Assembly: GCA_963781585.1 (NCBI GenBank)
Contig: CAWAGQ010000001.1
Span: 1 to 64,000, forward strand
DNA: 64,000 nt
From: an uncultured Gemmatimonadaceae bacterium
GTDB lineage: Bacteria > Gemmatimonadota > Gemmatimonadetes > Gemmatimonadales > Gemmatimonadaceae
Direction of reading: 5' to 3'
Made by a program: the position numbers and the translations under genes. Numbering within the stretch: position 1 is the stretch's first letter; each line of letters begins with the position of its first letter. Under the pieces are notes generated by a model that was not told where the DNA came from, did no database searches, and worked only from the letters and a program-made list of their open reading frames with translations. Of the stretch, positions 17,168 through 25,640 are shown piece after piece.

Positions 17168-19183
17168 ATGCCGCCGAAAAAGAAGACCCGGAATCGCCGC
17201 TCGACCCGGAACAGCCGATTGGCTGTCGCGAGCGGCGCACGCGAGCGCGCTGACGCGCTCCGCAAGCGAGCCGCGGATCTGACCGCGGACATCCACGCGC
17301 GCGACTGGGAGGCAGTCGCGGCACAGCTCGCCGACTCCCTCGGCCCGCGGTTCGATCCGCGCAGAATTGCGGAGTACCAGAAATTGCTGCCGCCGATCAT
17401 CGCCAAAGCCTTTCCCGAACTCGATCGCACCGCGGTGGTGGGTGCTGTCGACGAGGTACTGCGTCGCTACAAGACGCCGATCGACTGGACGCGGATCATC
17501 TGCCTGCTGCTTTCCTGGCTCCCCGGATCATGGAGCAAGGTGGCCAACAACCCGGGGTTCAGTGCCAGCACCATGCTCCTGCTCACGGACGGCACCGTCA
17601 TGTGTCAGGAGCAGGGCGGGCTGCGCTGGAAGAAGCTCACCCCCGACGCCAACGGGAGTTACATCAACGGCACCTGGACCGATCTGGCCCCAATGCACAA
17701 CACACGGCGCTACTACGCGTCCGCGGTCCTGAAGGATGGCCGTGTGTTCGTGAGCGGCGGTGAGTACAGCGATGCGGGCGGCGAGACGAATGTCACCGAG
17801 ATCTACGATCCGGTCACCGACGTCTGGACGCAGCTGACGCCGCCGACCGGCTGGTCGAGCGTTGGAGACGCGCCGTGCGCCGTGCTCCCCGACGGACGCG
17901 TGCTCCTGGGCGATATCTACGGGACGCGGACGATCATCTTCGACCCGGTGACCGAAACCTGGACCGCCGGACCAACCAAGGGCGCCGCCTCATCCGAGGA
18001 GAGCTGGGTACTCCTGCCGGACGAGACGGTGGTCACGGTGCGCTGCAACAGCTCGAAGCGCGCCGACAAGTACGTGGCCGCGTCGAACACCTGGGTTGGT
18101 GGCGGGACGCTCCCGGTGGGGATCATCGAGATCTCGTCGAGCGAGATCGGAGCCGGCGTGCTGCGCAACGATGGCCGGGCCTTCTTTGCGGGCGCGAACG
18201 GTCACACCGCGCTCTACGCGGCGCCGGCTGTAGCCAGCGATCCGGGATCGTGGACGCAGGGCCCCGATTTCCCGAACGACCCGCTGGGGCAGACGGTGGG
18301 CTGCAAGGATGCGCCGGCGTGCCTCATGACCAACGGCAAGATCCTGATCGCCGCAGGTCCGGTGGACGGTTCCCACTGGCTGAGTCCGACGTATTTCTTC
18401 GAGTACAACGGCGCCTCGCTCAACCGCGTCAGCGATCCGGTGAACAGCACGGGCGTGCCGTACATCGGGCGCATGCTCCTCCTTCCCACCGGGCAGATTC
18501 TGTTCGCGGCGCAGACGGGCGAAGTCTACGCCTACTCGTACTTCGGGTGTCCCGATTCCTGCTGGCGACCGACGATCACCACGTATCCCACCGTGGTCAG
18601 GCCGCTGCGGTCCTACACCATCGAGGGGCACCGCTTCAACGGCATGTCACAGGCCGTCGGCTACGGCGACGACGCGGCGGCGTCGACCAACTATCCGCTC
18701 GTGCGCATCCGCAACAAGGCGAGCGGTCACGTGCGATACTGCCGCACTTTCGAGCACTCCACGATGGGCGTCGCTACCGGATCGGCTCCGACGTCGACGA
18801 ACTTCCACGTGCCGTGGGACATCGAGCTCGGCGCGTCGGAGATCTGCGTGGTGGCGAATGGCATCTCGTCCCCCTGCTGTCCTCTCACCGTTGCCCCGTT
18901 CTGGTTCCCGTGGCCGGTCTTCGACGATGTTGCCGTCGCCTGGCTGATCGGAAGTCTCGCGGACGGACCACTCTGGGCCCTCGGTCCGCGCGGGCCGGTT
19001 CCGGTCGACCCCTGGGGTCCGCTGTACGTGAAGCAAGCCGCAGCTGCGCGCAAAGAGATCCTCGCCGGCGTCCGGTCGCTGCAGCGGCTCGGCGCGAAAC
19101 TCGACGGCCTGCGGGCCAGGGCCGCCGCAGCCGTTCGGCTCGCTCCCGACGAGACATCAGAGGAGACGAGCGAGCAGGCGTGA
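17168..19183 (+). CDS. Kelch-repeat / galactose oxidase-like beta-propeller protein
   Basis: MLLLTDGTV, YYASAVLKDGRVFVSGGEY, EIYDPVTDVWT, VLPDGRVL, MLLLPTGQIL repeats; GGAGGAG RBS. Confidence 0.85.
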   Translation: MPPKKKTRNRRSTRNSRLAVASGARERADALRKRAADLTADIHARDWEAVAAQLADSLGPRFDPRRIAEYQKLLPPIIAKAFPELDRTAVVGAVDEVLRRYKTPIDWTRIICLLLSWLPGSWSKVANNPGFSASTMLLLTDGTVMCQEQGGLRWKKLTPDANGSYINGTWTDLAPMHNTRRYYASAVLKDGRVFVSGGEYSDAGGETNVTEIYDPVTDVWTQLTPPTGWSSVGDAPCAVLPDGRVLLGDIYGTRTIIFDPVTETWTAGPTKGAASSEESWVLLPDETVVTVRCNSSKRADKYVAASNTWVGGGTLPVGIIEISSSEIGAGVLRNDGRAFFAGANGHTALYAAPAVASDPGSWTQGPDFPNDPLGQTVGCKDAPACLMTNGKILIAAGPVDGSHWLSPTYFFEYNGASLNRVSDPVNSTGVPYIGRMLLLPTGQILFAAQTGEVYAYSYFGCPDSCWRPTITTYPTVVRPLRSYTIEGHRFNGMSQAVGYGDDAAASTNYPLVRIRNKASGHVRYCRTFEHSTMGVATGSAPTSTNFHVPWDIELGASEICVVANGISSPCCPLTVAPFWFPWPVFDDVAVAWLIGSLADGPLWALGPRGPVPVDPWGPLYVKQAAAARKEILAGVRSLQRLGAKLDGLRARAAAAVRLAPDETSEETSEQA

Positions 19184-19282
19184 ACGCGGATCGAAGAGGC
19201 CGGGCCCGGGCCATCCGCGCCCGGCCTCACTCCTTCGCGCCGTCACTCTGCCTCGGTGGGACGGTCACCGCGGTCGCTCCTC

Positions 19283-19329
19283 TTGACTTCCGACAGAAGC
19301 CCTGCGATCTTCCTGTCGAAATCCGACAG
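19283..19329 (+). promoter_or_regulatory. Promoter TTGACT-N17-GATCTT with two putative PadR operators (TTG-N5-CGACAG and CTGTCG-N5-CGACAG)
   Basis: Perfect 6-bp inverted repeat ctgtcg aaatc cgacag at 19313-19329; second cgacag half-site at 19291-19296. Confidence 0.6.
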
Positions 19330-19351
19330 TAGTCTGCTCCCCATCCTTCCG

Positions 19352-19684
19352 ATGGCATCCGACTCCAGCGACGTCCTCCGCGGCACGCTCGACCTGCTCA
19401 TTCTGAAGACGCTGACCCTGGAGCCGATGCACGGCTGGGGAATCGGGGAACGGATTCAGCAGGTATCGCGCGGCGTGCTCGACGTGAATCAGGGCTCGCT
19501 CTATCCCGCGCTCCAGCGGCTCGAGCAACGCGGCTGGATCGACAGCGAGTGGCGCACCAGTGACAACAACCGGCGCGCCAAATACTACCGCCTGACGACG
19601 ACCGGACGGCGCGCGCTGGGCGCCGAGACCGCCAGCTGGCGCCGGTACGTGAAGGCGGTGGACCTGATTCTGGATCTTGGCTGA
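19352..19684 (+). CDS. PadR family transcriptional regulator
   Basis: DVLRGTLDLLILKTL..EPMHGWGI...NQGSLYPALQRLE...NRRAKYYRLT. Confidence 0.95.
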   Translation: MASDSSDVLRGTLDLLILKTLTLEPMHGWGIGERIQQVSRGVLDVNQGSLYPALQRLEQRGWIDSEWRTSDNNRRAKYYRLTTTGRRALGAETASWRRYVKAVDLILDLG

Positions 19685-19726
19685 CGGCGCTGGTGCGGTG
19701 ACGATCTGCGAGCGTGGAGGCGGCGC

Positions 19727-22384
19727 ATGGGATTGCTCAGGGGTCTGATTGTCCGGCTGCGCGCCCTGGTGCGACGGCGCCGCGCCGACCACGAACTGGA
19801 CGACGAAATCGCGTTTCACCTCGAACAGGAGGTCGCGAAACTCCGCCGCACGGGGCTGGCCGAGGCCGAAGCGCGCCGCAAGGCGCTGGCGTTGTTCGGC
19901 GGCGTGACGCAGACGCGTGAAGCGCATCGCGACGTGCGGGGTGCATCGGGGATCGACGCGCTGCGAGGCGACGTCCGCTTCGCGTTTCGCGTCATTCGCC
20001 GGTCCCCGGCGCTCAGCGTCGCCGCGATCCTCACCATTGGCATCGCCATAGGCGCCAACACGGCCATCTTCTCCGCGGTGAACGCCGTGATCATCCAGCC
20101 GCTGCCATTCCCCGCGGCCAATCGCCTGTACATGCTGTGGGAGTCCAATCCGGAGCGAGGGTGGCGCCTGGCCCAGGTGGCGCCGGCCAACATGCTGGAT
20201 TGGAGCGAGCAGGTCGCGGCATTTTCCGGCGTCGCCGGCTACTCGGAATTCGACCACGGGACGCTCACCGGCGAGGGCGAGCCGGTGATTCTGCAGGGCA
20301 ACGCGGTCACCGGCAATTTCTTTTCCGTGCTCGGCGTACGACCGCTGCTCGGCCGGGGATTCCGCGACGATGAGACCTGGACGAACGGGACCCCGGTGAT
20401 GGTGCTCAGCCATCGCCTCTGGCAGGAGCGCTTCCGGGGCGACAGCGCCGTGGTCGGCCGCTCCGTCATGCTCGACGGCCGTCTCACCCGGATTGTGGGT
20501 GTGATGCCCCGGTCCTTCGTGTTTCCAAACGAGAAGGTCCTGTTCTGGCAGCCGATGGAATGGCTGCCCGCAAATCGCGCGCAGGTGTTCTTCCGGCGCG
20601 CGCACTGGATCCGTGCGGTGGCGCGGCTCCGTACCGGCGCCACGGAAGCCGAAGCGGGTGCACAACTGCAGACGGTCGTGCGGCGTCTGCAGCAGCAGTA
20701 TCCTGAGACCAATCGTCTGATGGGCGCGGGGATGACGCCGCTGCACGCGTTTCTCGTTGGAGACACGAAGCTCGCGTTGGTGGTGCTCCTCGGCGCGGTC
20801 ACGCTGCTTCTCCTGATCGCCTGCGCCAATGTGGGCAACCTGCTGCTGGTGAAGGCCACCGAACGAAGGCGGGAGGCCGCGCTGCGGCTCGCCCTGGGCG
20901 CGAGGCCGTCGCGACTCGTCAGGCAGGCGCTCACCGAGTCGCTGGTGGTGTCGATGCTGGGAGGCGTGGCCGGGATTCTGCTCGGCTTGGCCGGCACGCG
21001 GGCGCTGGTGGCCCTGCTGCCTGACGGCTTGCTCCCGGTGTCGCGGATCGGCGCGGACGCCCGCGTGCTCGGGTACGTGTTCGCGATCACCACCGCCTGC
21101 GGTCTGGTGTTCGGCATCGCCCCCGCGCTGTGGACCCGCCGTCGACTGCCCGCCGAAGCGCTCAAGGAAGGCGGCCGCTCCGACACCGGGGGCCGCCGCG
21201 CCAGACGCCTGACCGAGACCCTGGTGGTGGTCGAGGTGTGTCTGGCACTCACGCTGACGATAGGGGCCGGTCTGCTGACGCGCAGTCTGCTGCGGCTGCA
21301 GCAGGTGAATCCCGGATTCGAGCCGCGCAACGTGCTCGCCACCACGATTACGCTGTCCGGTTCACGGTACGACTCGGTGGCCCAGTTGGTGCGCGCCTTT
21401 GACGGGATCCTCCACGATGCCCGGGGCCTTCCCGGCGCGCAGGACGCGGCCGCGATTACGGCCCTGCCGCTGACGGCCCCGGCGTGGTCGAGCGACTTCC
21501 ACATCCTGGGTCATCCGCCGGACGATTTCGGTACCGAGGTGGTGCATCGCGAAACGGTCGGAGACTACTTCCGTGTCATGCGCGTGCCGGTCATCGAAGG
21601 GCGCACGTTCACGCCGGATGACGACCAGCGGCGGCAGCCCCGGGTGGCGATCATCAACGACGTGCTCGCCCGGAAGTTCTTCCATGGACAGGATCCGATC
21701 GGCCAGCAGCTGGTGTTCGACCGGGTGCCCGATTCCACGTCGGTGTGGCGGACGATCGTGGGCGTGGTGGGCAGCGAGCACCAGGGCGGCCTCGGGAGCG
21801 ACGCGCGGATCGAGATCTTCACGCCGATGGTCCAGGAGCCGCGAGCGAGGATGTCGATTCTGGTGCGCACCACCACCGATCCCACGGCCATCGAGCCGGC
21901 GATGCGGCGGTTGATTGCCGAGCAGGATCCGGACCTCCCGGTCGAGTCGATGCGGACCATGACCGCGGTCCGCGCGGAGTCGATGGGCCGCGAGCGATTC
22001 CTGACCACGCTGCTGCTGGGGTTCGCCGGCGTCGGGATGGTGCTGGCGGTGATCGGGGTGTACGGGGTCGTCGCCCAGCTGGCGCGGCGCCGTACGCGCG
22101 AGATCGGCATCCGGATCGCGTTAGGCGCTGATGCGGGGCACGTGCGCTGGCTGGTGGTGCGGCACGGACTGACGCTGCTGGCGTACGGTGTGGGCGCCGG
22201 CACGCTGGTAGCCTGGTTGTCGGCCAGGGTGATGCGCAGCCTGCTGTTCGGTGTCACGCCGGCCGATCCGCTCACGTTCATCACCGTGCCGGTGGTCCTG
22301 GCGCTGACGGTCGTGGCGGCGACGTGGCTTCCCGCGGCCCAGGCGTCGCGGCTGGCGCCGGCGGCGACGCTGCGGGAGGAGTGA
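19727..22384 (+). CDS. Duplicated orphan ABC permease (ADOP type)
   Basis: ELDDEIAFHLE prefix, IGANTAIFSAVN, LLIACANVGNLLL, RTREIGIRIALGA. Confidence 0.93.
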   Translation: MGLLRGLIVRLRALVRRRRADHELDDEIAFHLEQEVAKLRRTGLAEAEARRKALALFGGVTQTREAHRDVRGASGIDALRGDVRFAFRVIRRSPALSVAAILTIGIAIGANTAIFSAVNAVIIQPLPFPAANRLYMLWESNPERGWRLAQVAPANMLDWSEQVAAFSGVAGYSEFDHGTLTGEGEPVILQGNAVTGNFFSVLGVRPLLGRGFRDDETWTNGTPVMVLSHRLWQERFRGDSAVVGRSVMLDGRLTRIVGVMPRSFVFPNEKVLFWQPMEWLPANRAQVFFRRAHWIRAVARLRTGATEAEAGAQLQTVVRRLQQQYPETNRLMGAGMTPLHAFLVGDTKLALVVLLGAVTLLLLIACANVGNLLLVKATERRREAALRLALGARPSRLVRQALTESLVVSMLGGVAGILLGLAGTRALVALLPDGLLPVSRIGADARVLGYVFAITTACGLVFGIAPALWTRRRLPAEALKEGGRSDTGGRRARRLTETLVVVEVCLALTLTIGAGLLTRSLLRLQQVNPGFEPRNVLATTITLSGSRYDSVAQLVRAFDGILHDARGLPGAQDAAAITALPLTAPAWSSDFHILGHPPDDFGTEVVHRETVGDYFRVMRVPVIEGRTFTPDDDQRRQPRVAIINDVLARKFFHGQDPIGQQLVFDRVPDSTSVWRTIVGVVGSEHQGGLGSDARIEIFTPMVQEPRARMSILVRTTTDPTAIEPAMRRLIAEQDPDLPVESMRTMTAVRAESMGRERFLTTLLLGFAGVGMVLAVIGVYGVVAQLARRRTREIGIRIALGADAGHVRWLVVRHGLTLLAYGVGAGTLVAWLSARVMRSLLFGVTPADPLTFITVPVVLALTVVAATWLPAAQASRLAPAATLREE

Positions 22385-25089
22385 GGGCAGTGTGGCGCCG
22401 CCTGCAGGCACGGGTGCGCTCCCTCCTGAGGGGACAGGCCGCCGACCGCGACCTCGACGACGAGATCGCGTTCCACATCGAGCGCGAGGCGGACAAGTAC
22501 ATCGTTGCGGGATTCGATCCGGACGAGGCCCGGCGCCACGCCCTGGCGGCGTTCGGCGGCGTCCAGCAGGCGCGCGAGGCACACCGGGCGGTGCGCGGAG
22601 CGCCCCGGCTGCAGGATGCATGGCGCGACGTGCGGTACGCGCTGCGCGGCCTGGCTCGCAGTCCGCTTTTTGCCGGCACCGCGGTGTTGACACTGTCGAT
22701 CGGAATCGCCGCCACGACCGTCGTGGTGAGCGCGGTGCGGGCGCTGGTCTTTCCGGTGATGCCGGTGACCCGCGCCGACCGGCTGTACAACGTGTGGCAG
22801 GTGGAGGGAACCGCGGGGACGCCCAGCACGTCGATGGGACTCGCGACCTATCCGGACGGCTACGTCGCCACCCTTCGGAATGCATCGCGGAACGTCTTCG
22901 ACGACGTGGCCGGATACGCGTACAACGGCGTGTCGCTCCGGGTCGGGAACGATGTACGGCCGCTGAGCGGCGTGATCGTCACGCCCAACTACTTCGCGGT
23001 GCTCGGTATCCGGCCGGCCCTGGGCAGATTTCTCTCGTTCAGCCAGGCGCGGCCCGACCTTGGACAGCCCGAGGCGGTGCTGGCCTACGATCTCTGGCAG
23101 GCTGCGTTCGGCGGCGATTCGGCGATTATTGGCCGCACCATCCATGTCGACAGCCGGCCGCTCACCGTGACGGGCATCGCGCCGAAGGGCTTTCGTGGGC
23201 TGTTCATCGGGATCATCGGCGAGATCTGGATCTCGTCGACCGCCTATGACGGCCCGCCCCCGGCCGTGACCGACTCGGCGCTTCGCGCGCGACACGATGG
23301 CGTGAACATGACGGTCTTCGGTCGCCTGCGGGATGGCCTGACGGTGTCGCAGGCGCAGACGATGCTCGGCGTCGTGGCGTCGGATCCGTATCCCGGGCGG
23401 AGCTACTCGACGGCACCCACCTGGAGAGTTCGTCTCGACCCCGTGGCGGCGCTGCCGCGCATGGGCAAGGCCGAGGCGGCGGGCTTCACCGCCATGCTCG
23501 CAAGCGTCGCGGCCCTGGTACTCGCGATCGTGGCGACGAACGTCGCCGGCATGCTGCTCGCTCGCGCCACCGCGCGGCGGCGCGAGGTGGCAATCCGGCT
23601 CGCCATCGGAGCCGGGCGTGGTCGTATCGTCAGGCAGCTGATGATCGACAGTCTGGTCCTGTGCCTGGCAGGCGCGGCCGGCGGCGTCCTGATGGCGCGC
23701 GCGCTCGTCAGACTCGTTCCGGCTGTGCAGGCTCCAGTGTCCGCGCGCCTGGGGCTCGAGCTGCCGATGGACCGGGTGGTGCTGGGCATCGCGGTCCTTG
23801 CCTCGGTCGCCACCGGCCTCTTTGCCGGCTTCGCACCTGCATTGCAGGCGACGCGGTTCGACGTGATCAGTGCTCTCCGGGGAGGCGCTGAACAGGCGGG
23901 GCGCCCGGGGCGCCTGCGCACCCTGCTGGTGGTGACGCAGTTCTCGATGTCGCTGGCGCTCCTGGCAACTGCGGGACTGTTCATGCGCGCCCTCCAGCGG
24001 GCGCTGGCGACCGATCCGGGATTCGACCCGACGAACGTGGTGGTTGGTCGGGTCGACCTGGCGCCCCACGGGTACACGGGGTCCCGCGGCCGCGCGTTCT
24101 ACTCCGCGCTCGAGACGCGCCTGCGTGCGCGGCCCGAAGTGCGGTCGGTGGGGCTCGGGATCTGGACACCCCTCAGCGCCGGGCTGAATGGCAGCGGAGT
24201 CCTCCTGCCGGGGGAGGCGTGGCCGAACGGGCATCGGGTGGGCGTGCGCTACGGGGTGGCCGACTCGGGCTACTTCGCGACCCTGCGCATTCCCGTGCTC
24301 ACCGGTCGATGGTTCTCGGCGGCGGACGTGGCCGGCGCGGCGCCGTCGCTGATCGTCAACCAGGCCCTGGCGACTGCCTTCTGGCCTAACGAGTCGCCGC
24401 TCGGCAGGTCGATCGACGTGGAAACGGGCGGCAACCCGAATTTCCCGCGGCCCAGGGAGGTCGTCGGTCTGGTTCGCACCGCGAAGGTGCAAAGCCTGGC
24501 CGAATCCGCGGTGCCCTACGCCTACCTGCCGCTGGGGCAGCGCTACTCATCGGCGCTGCTCGTGTACGCGCGGGCGAGCGGTGCTTCCGACGCGGCGCTC
24601 GGCGCCCTGCGCGCCGTGGTCCGGGAGCTCGATCCCAACATCGCCGTCCAGCAGGCGATGCCGCTCACCGAGCAGCTCGACGTGTACGTCCTTCCGCAGC
24701 GGATCGCGGCGTGGTTCGTCGGCGCGCTGGGATTGGCCGGGCTCGGCCTCGCCGCCCTGGGAGTCTACGGGATGGTGGCGTACCACGTCGCGCAGCGGAC
24801 GCGCGAATTCGGGATCCGGCTGGCGCTTGGCGCGCGTGGCCGGGACGTGGTCGGTCTGGCGCAGCGTCACGCGCTCGGGCTGGCGGCCATCGGGTCGGTG
24901 GCGGGCGTTGCGCTCGCACTCGGGATCGCCCGTCTCGTGGCGGGCTTCCTGTACGGAATTCGCCCGTTCGACGTGCTCACCTTCACGGGTGTGTGCGCGC
25001 TGCTGGCCGGGACGGCGTTCCTCGCCAGTTGGCTTCCCGCGCGCCGCGCGGCCCACGTGGATCCGATGGAGTCGCTGCGGGTGGAGTGA
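22381..25089 (+). CDS. Second duplicated orphan ABC permease, coupled by GTGA overlap
   Basis: DLDDEIAFHIE prefix, NVAGMLLARATARRREVAIRLAIGA, RTREFGIRLALGA, PARRAAHVDPMESLR. Confidence 0.92.
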   Translation: MRAVWRRLQARVRSLLRGQAADRDLDDEIAFHIEREADKYIVAGFDPDEARRHALAAFGGVQQAREAHRAVRGAPRLQDAWRDVRYALRGLARSPLFAGTAVLTLSIGIAATTVVVSAVRALVFPVMPVTRADRLYNVWQVEGTAGTPSTSMGLATYPDGYVATLRNASRNVFDDVAGYAYNGVSLRVGNDVRPLSGVIVTPNYFAVLGIRPALGRFLSFSQARPDLGQPEAVLAYDLWQAAFGGDSAIIGRTIHVDSRPLTVTGIAPKGFRGLFIGIIGEIWISSTAYDGPPPAVTDSALRARHDGVNMTVFGRLRDGLTVSQAQTMLGVVASDPYPGRSYSTAPTWRVRLDPVAALPRMGKAEAAGFTAMLASVAALVLAIVATNVAGMLLARATARRREVAIRLAIGAGRGRIVRQLMIDSLVLCLAGAAGGVLMARALVRLVPAVQAPVSARLGLELPMDRVVLGIAVLASVATGLFAGFAPALQATRFDVISALRGGAEQAGRPGRLRTLLVVTQFSMSLALLATAGLFMRALQRALATDPGFDPTNVVVGRVDLAPHGYTGSRGRAFYSALETRLRARPEVRSVGLGIWTPLSAGLNGSGVLLPGEAWPNGHRVGVRYGVADSGYFATLRIPVLTGRWFSAADVAGAAPSLIVNQALATAFWPNESPLGRSIDVETGGNPNFPRPREVVGLVRTAKVQSLAESAVPYAYLPLGQRYSSALLVYARASGASDAALGALRAVVRELDPNIAVQQAMPLTEQLDVYVLPQRIAAWFVGALGLAGLGLAALGVYGMVAYHVAQRTREFGIRLALGARGRDVVGLAQRHALGLAAIGSVAGVALALGIARLVAGFLYGIRPFDVLTFTGVCALLAGTAFLASWLPARRAAHVDPMESLRVE

Positions 25090-25096
25090 CGCCGAA

Positions 25097-25180
25097 CAGC
25101 TATCCGTTATCGGCTATCGGCGACGAGCAATCAGCTATCGGCAGTCAGCTATCGGCGATCAGCTATCGGCCATCAGCTGA
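25097..25180 (+). repeat. Degenerate heptamer tandem array (CRGCTAT, reverse complement of the GCTGATA type)
   Basis: cagctat ccgttat cggctat cggcgac gagcaat cagctat cggcagt cagctat cggcgat cagctat cggccat cagctga. Confidence 0.85.
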
Positions 25181-25265
25181 CAGGTCGCACCTGAGTCCTG
25201 CGAAGTGTCTGGAGCACCGGGCCCTGACCACTGAGAGCGGATCGGTGCCTGCTGTTGCCTATCAT

Positions 25266-25297
25266 ATCTTGCCAATCAAGATGTCGGCAGGTACCAT
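25266..25297 (+). promoter_or_regulatory. Promoter TTGCCA-N17-TACCAT overlapped by putative PadR operator ATCTTG-N5-CAAGAT
   Basis: -35 at 25269-25274, -10 at 25292-25297; perfect 6-bp inverted repeat at 25266-25282. Confidence 0.7.
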
Positions 25298-25304
25298 CCG
25301 CGCC

Positions 25305-25637
25305 ATGGAGCCGACCACCGACGTCATTCAGGGCACGCTGGACATGCTGATCCTCAAGACCCTGAGCTTGCAGCCGATGCACGGGTTCGGGATCGCCCGC
25401 CGCATCGAGCAGATCTCGCGCGGCGTGTTCAAGGTCAATCCGGGTTCGCTGCTTACCGCACTCCAGCGCCTGGAACGCGCCGGGTGGCTCGACGCCGAGT
25501 GGCGACGTACTGAGAACGCCCGGCGTGCACGGTTCTACCGCCTCACGCCCACAGGACGGAAGCAACTGGCGTTCGAGACAGCCGATTGGTCGCGCCGGAT
25601 CTCGGCGGTCGCCCGTCTGCTCAAGGCCGAGGGGTAG
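25305..25637 (+). CDS. PadR family transcriptional regulator
   Basis: DVIQGTLDMLILKTL..QPMHGFGIARRI...NPGSLLTALQRLE...RRARFYRLT. Confidence 0.95.
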   Translation: MEPTTDVIQGTLDMLILKTLSLQPMHGFGIARRIEQISRGVFKVNPGSLLTALQRLERAGWLDAEWRRTENARRARFYRLTPTGRKQLAFETADWSRRISAVARLLKAEG

Positions 25638-25640
25638 GAC

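Noticed and set aside
21565..24492. 975-aa minus-strand ORF and other long antisense ORFs (e.g. 9478-11508, 38392-40578, 48592-50451, 58780-60639)
   Set aside because: Shadow frames of clear genes in high-GC DNA; Arg/Pro/Ala-rich with no recognisable motifs.
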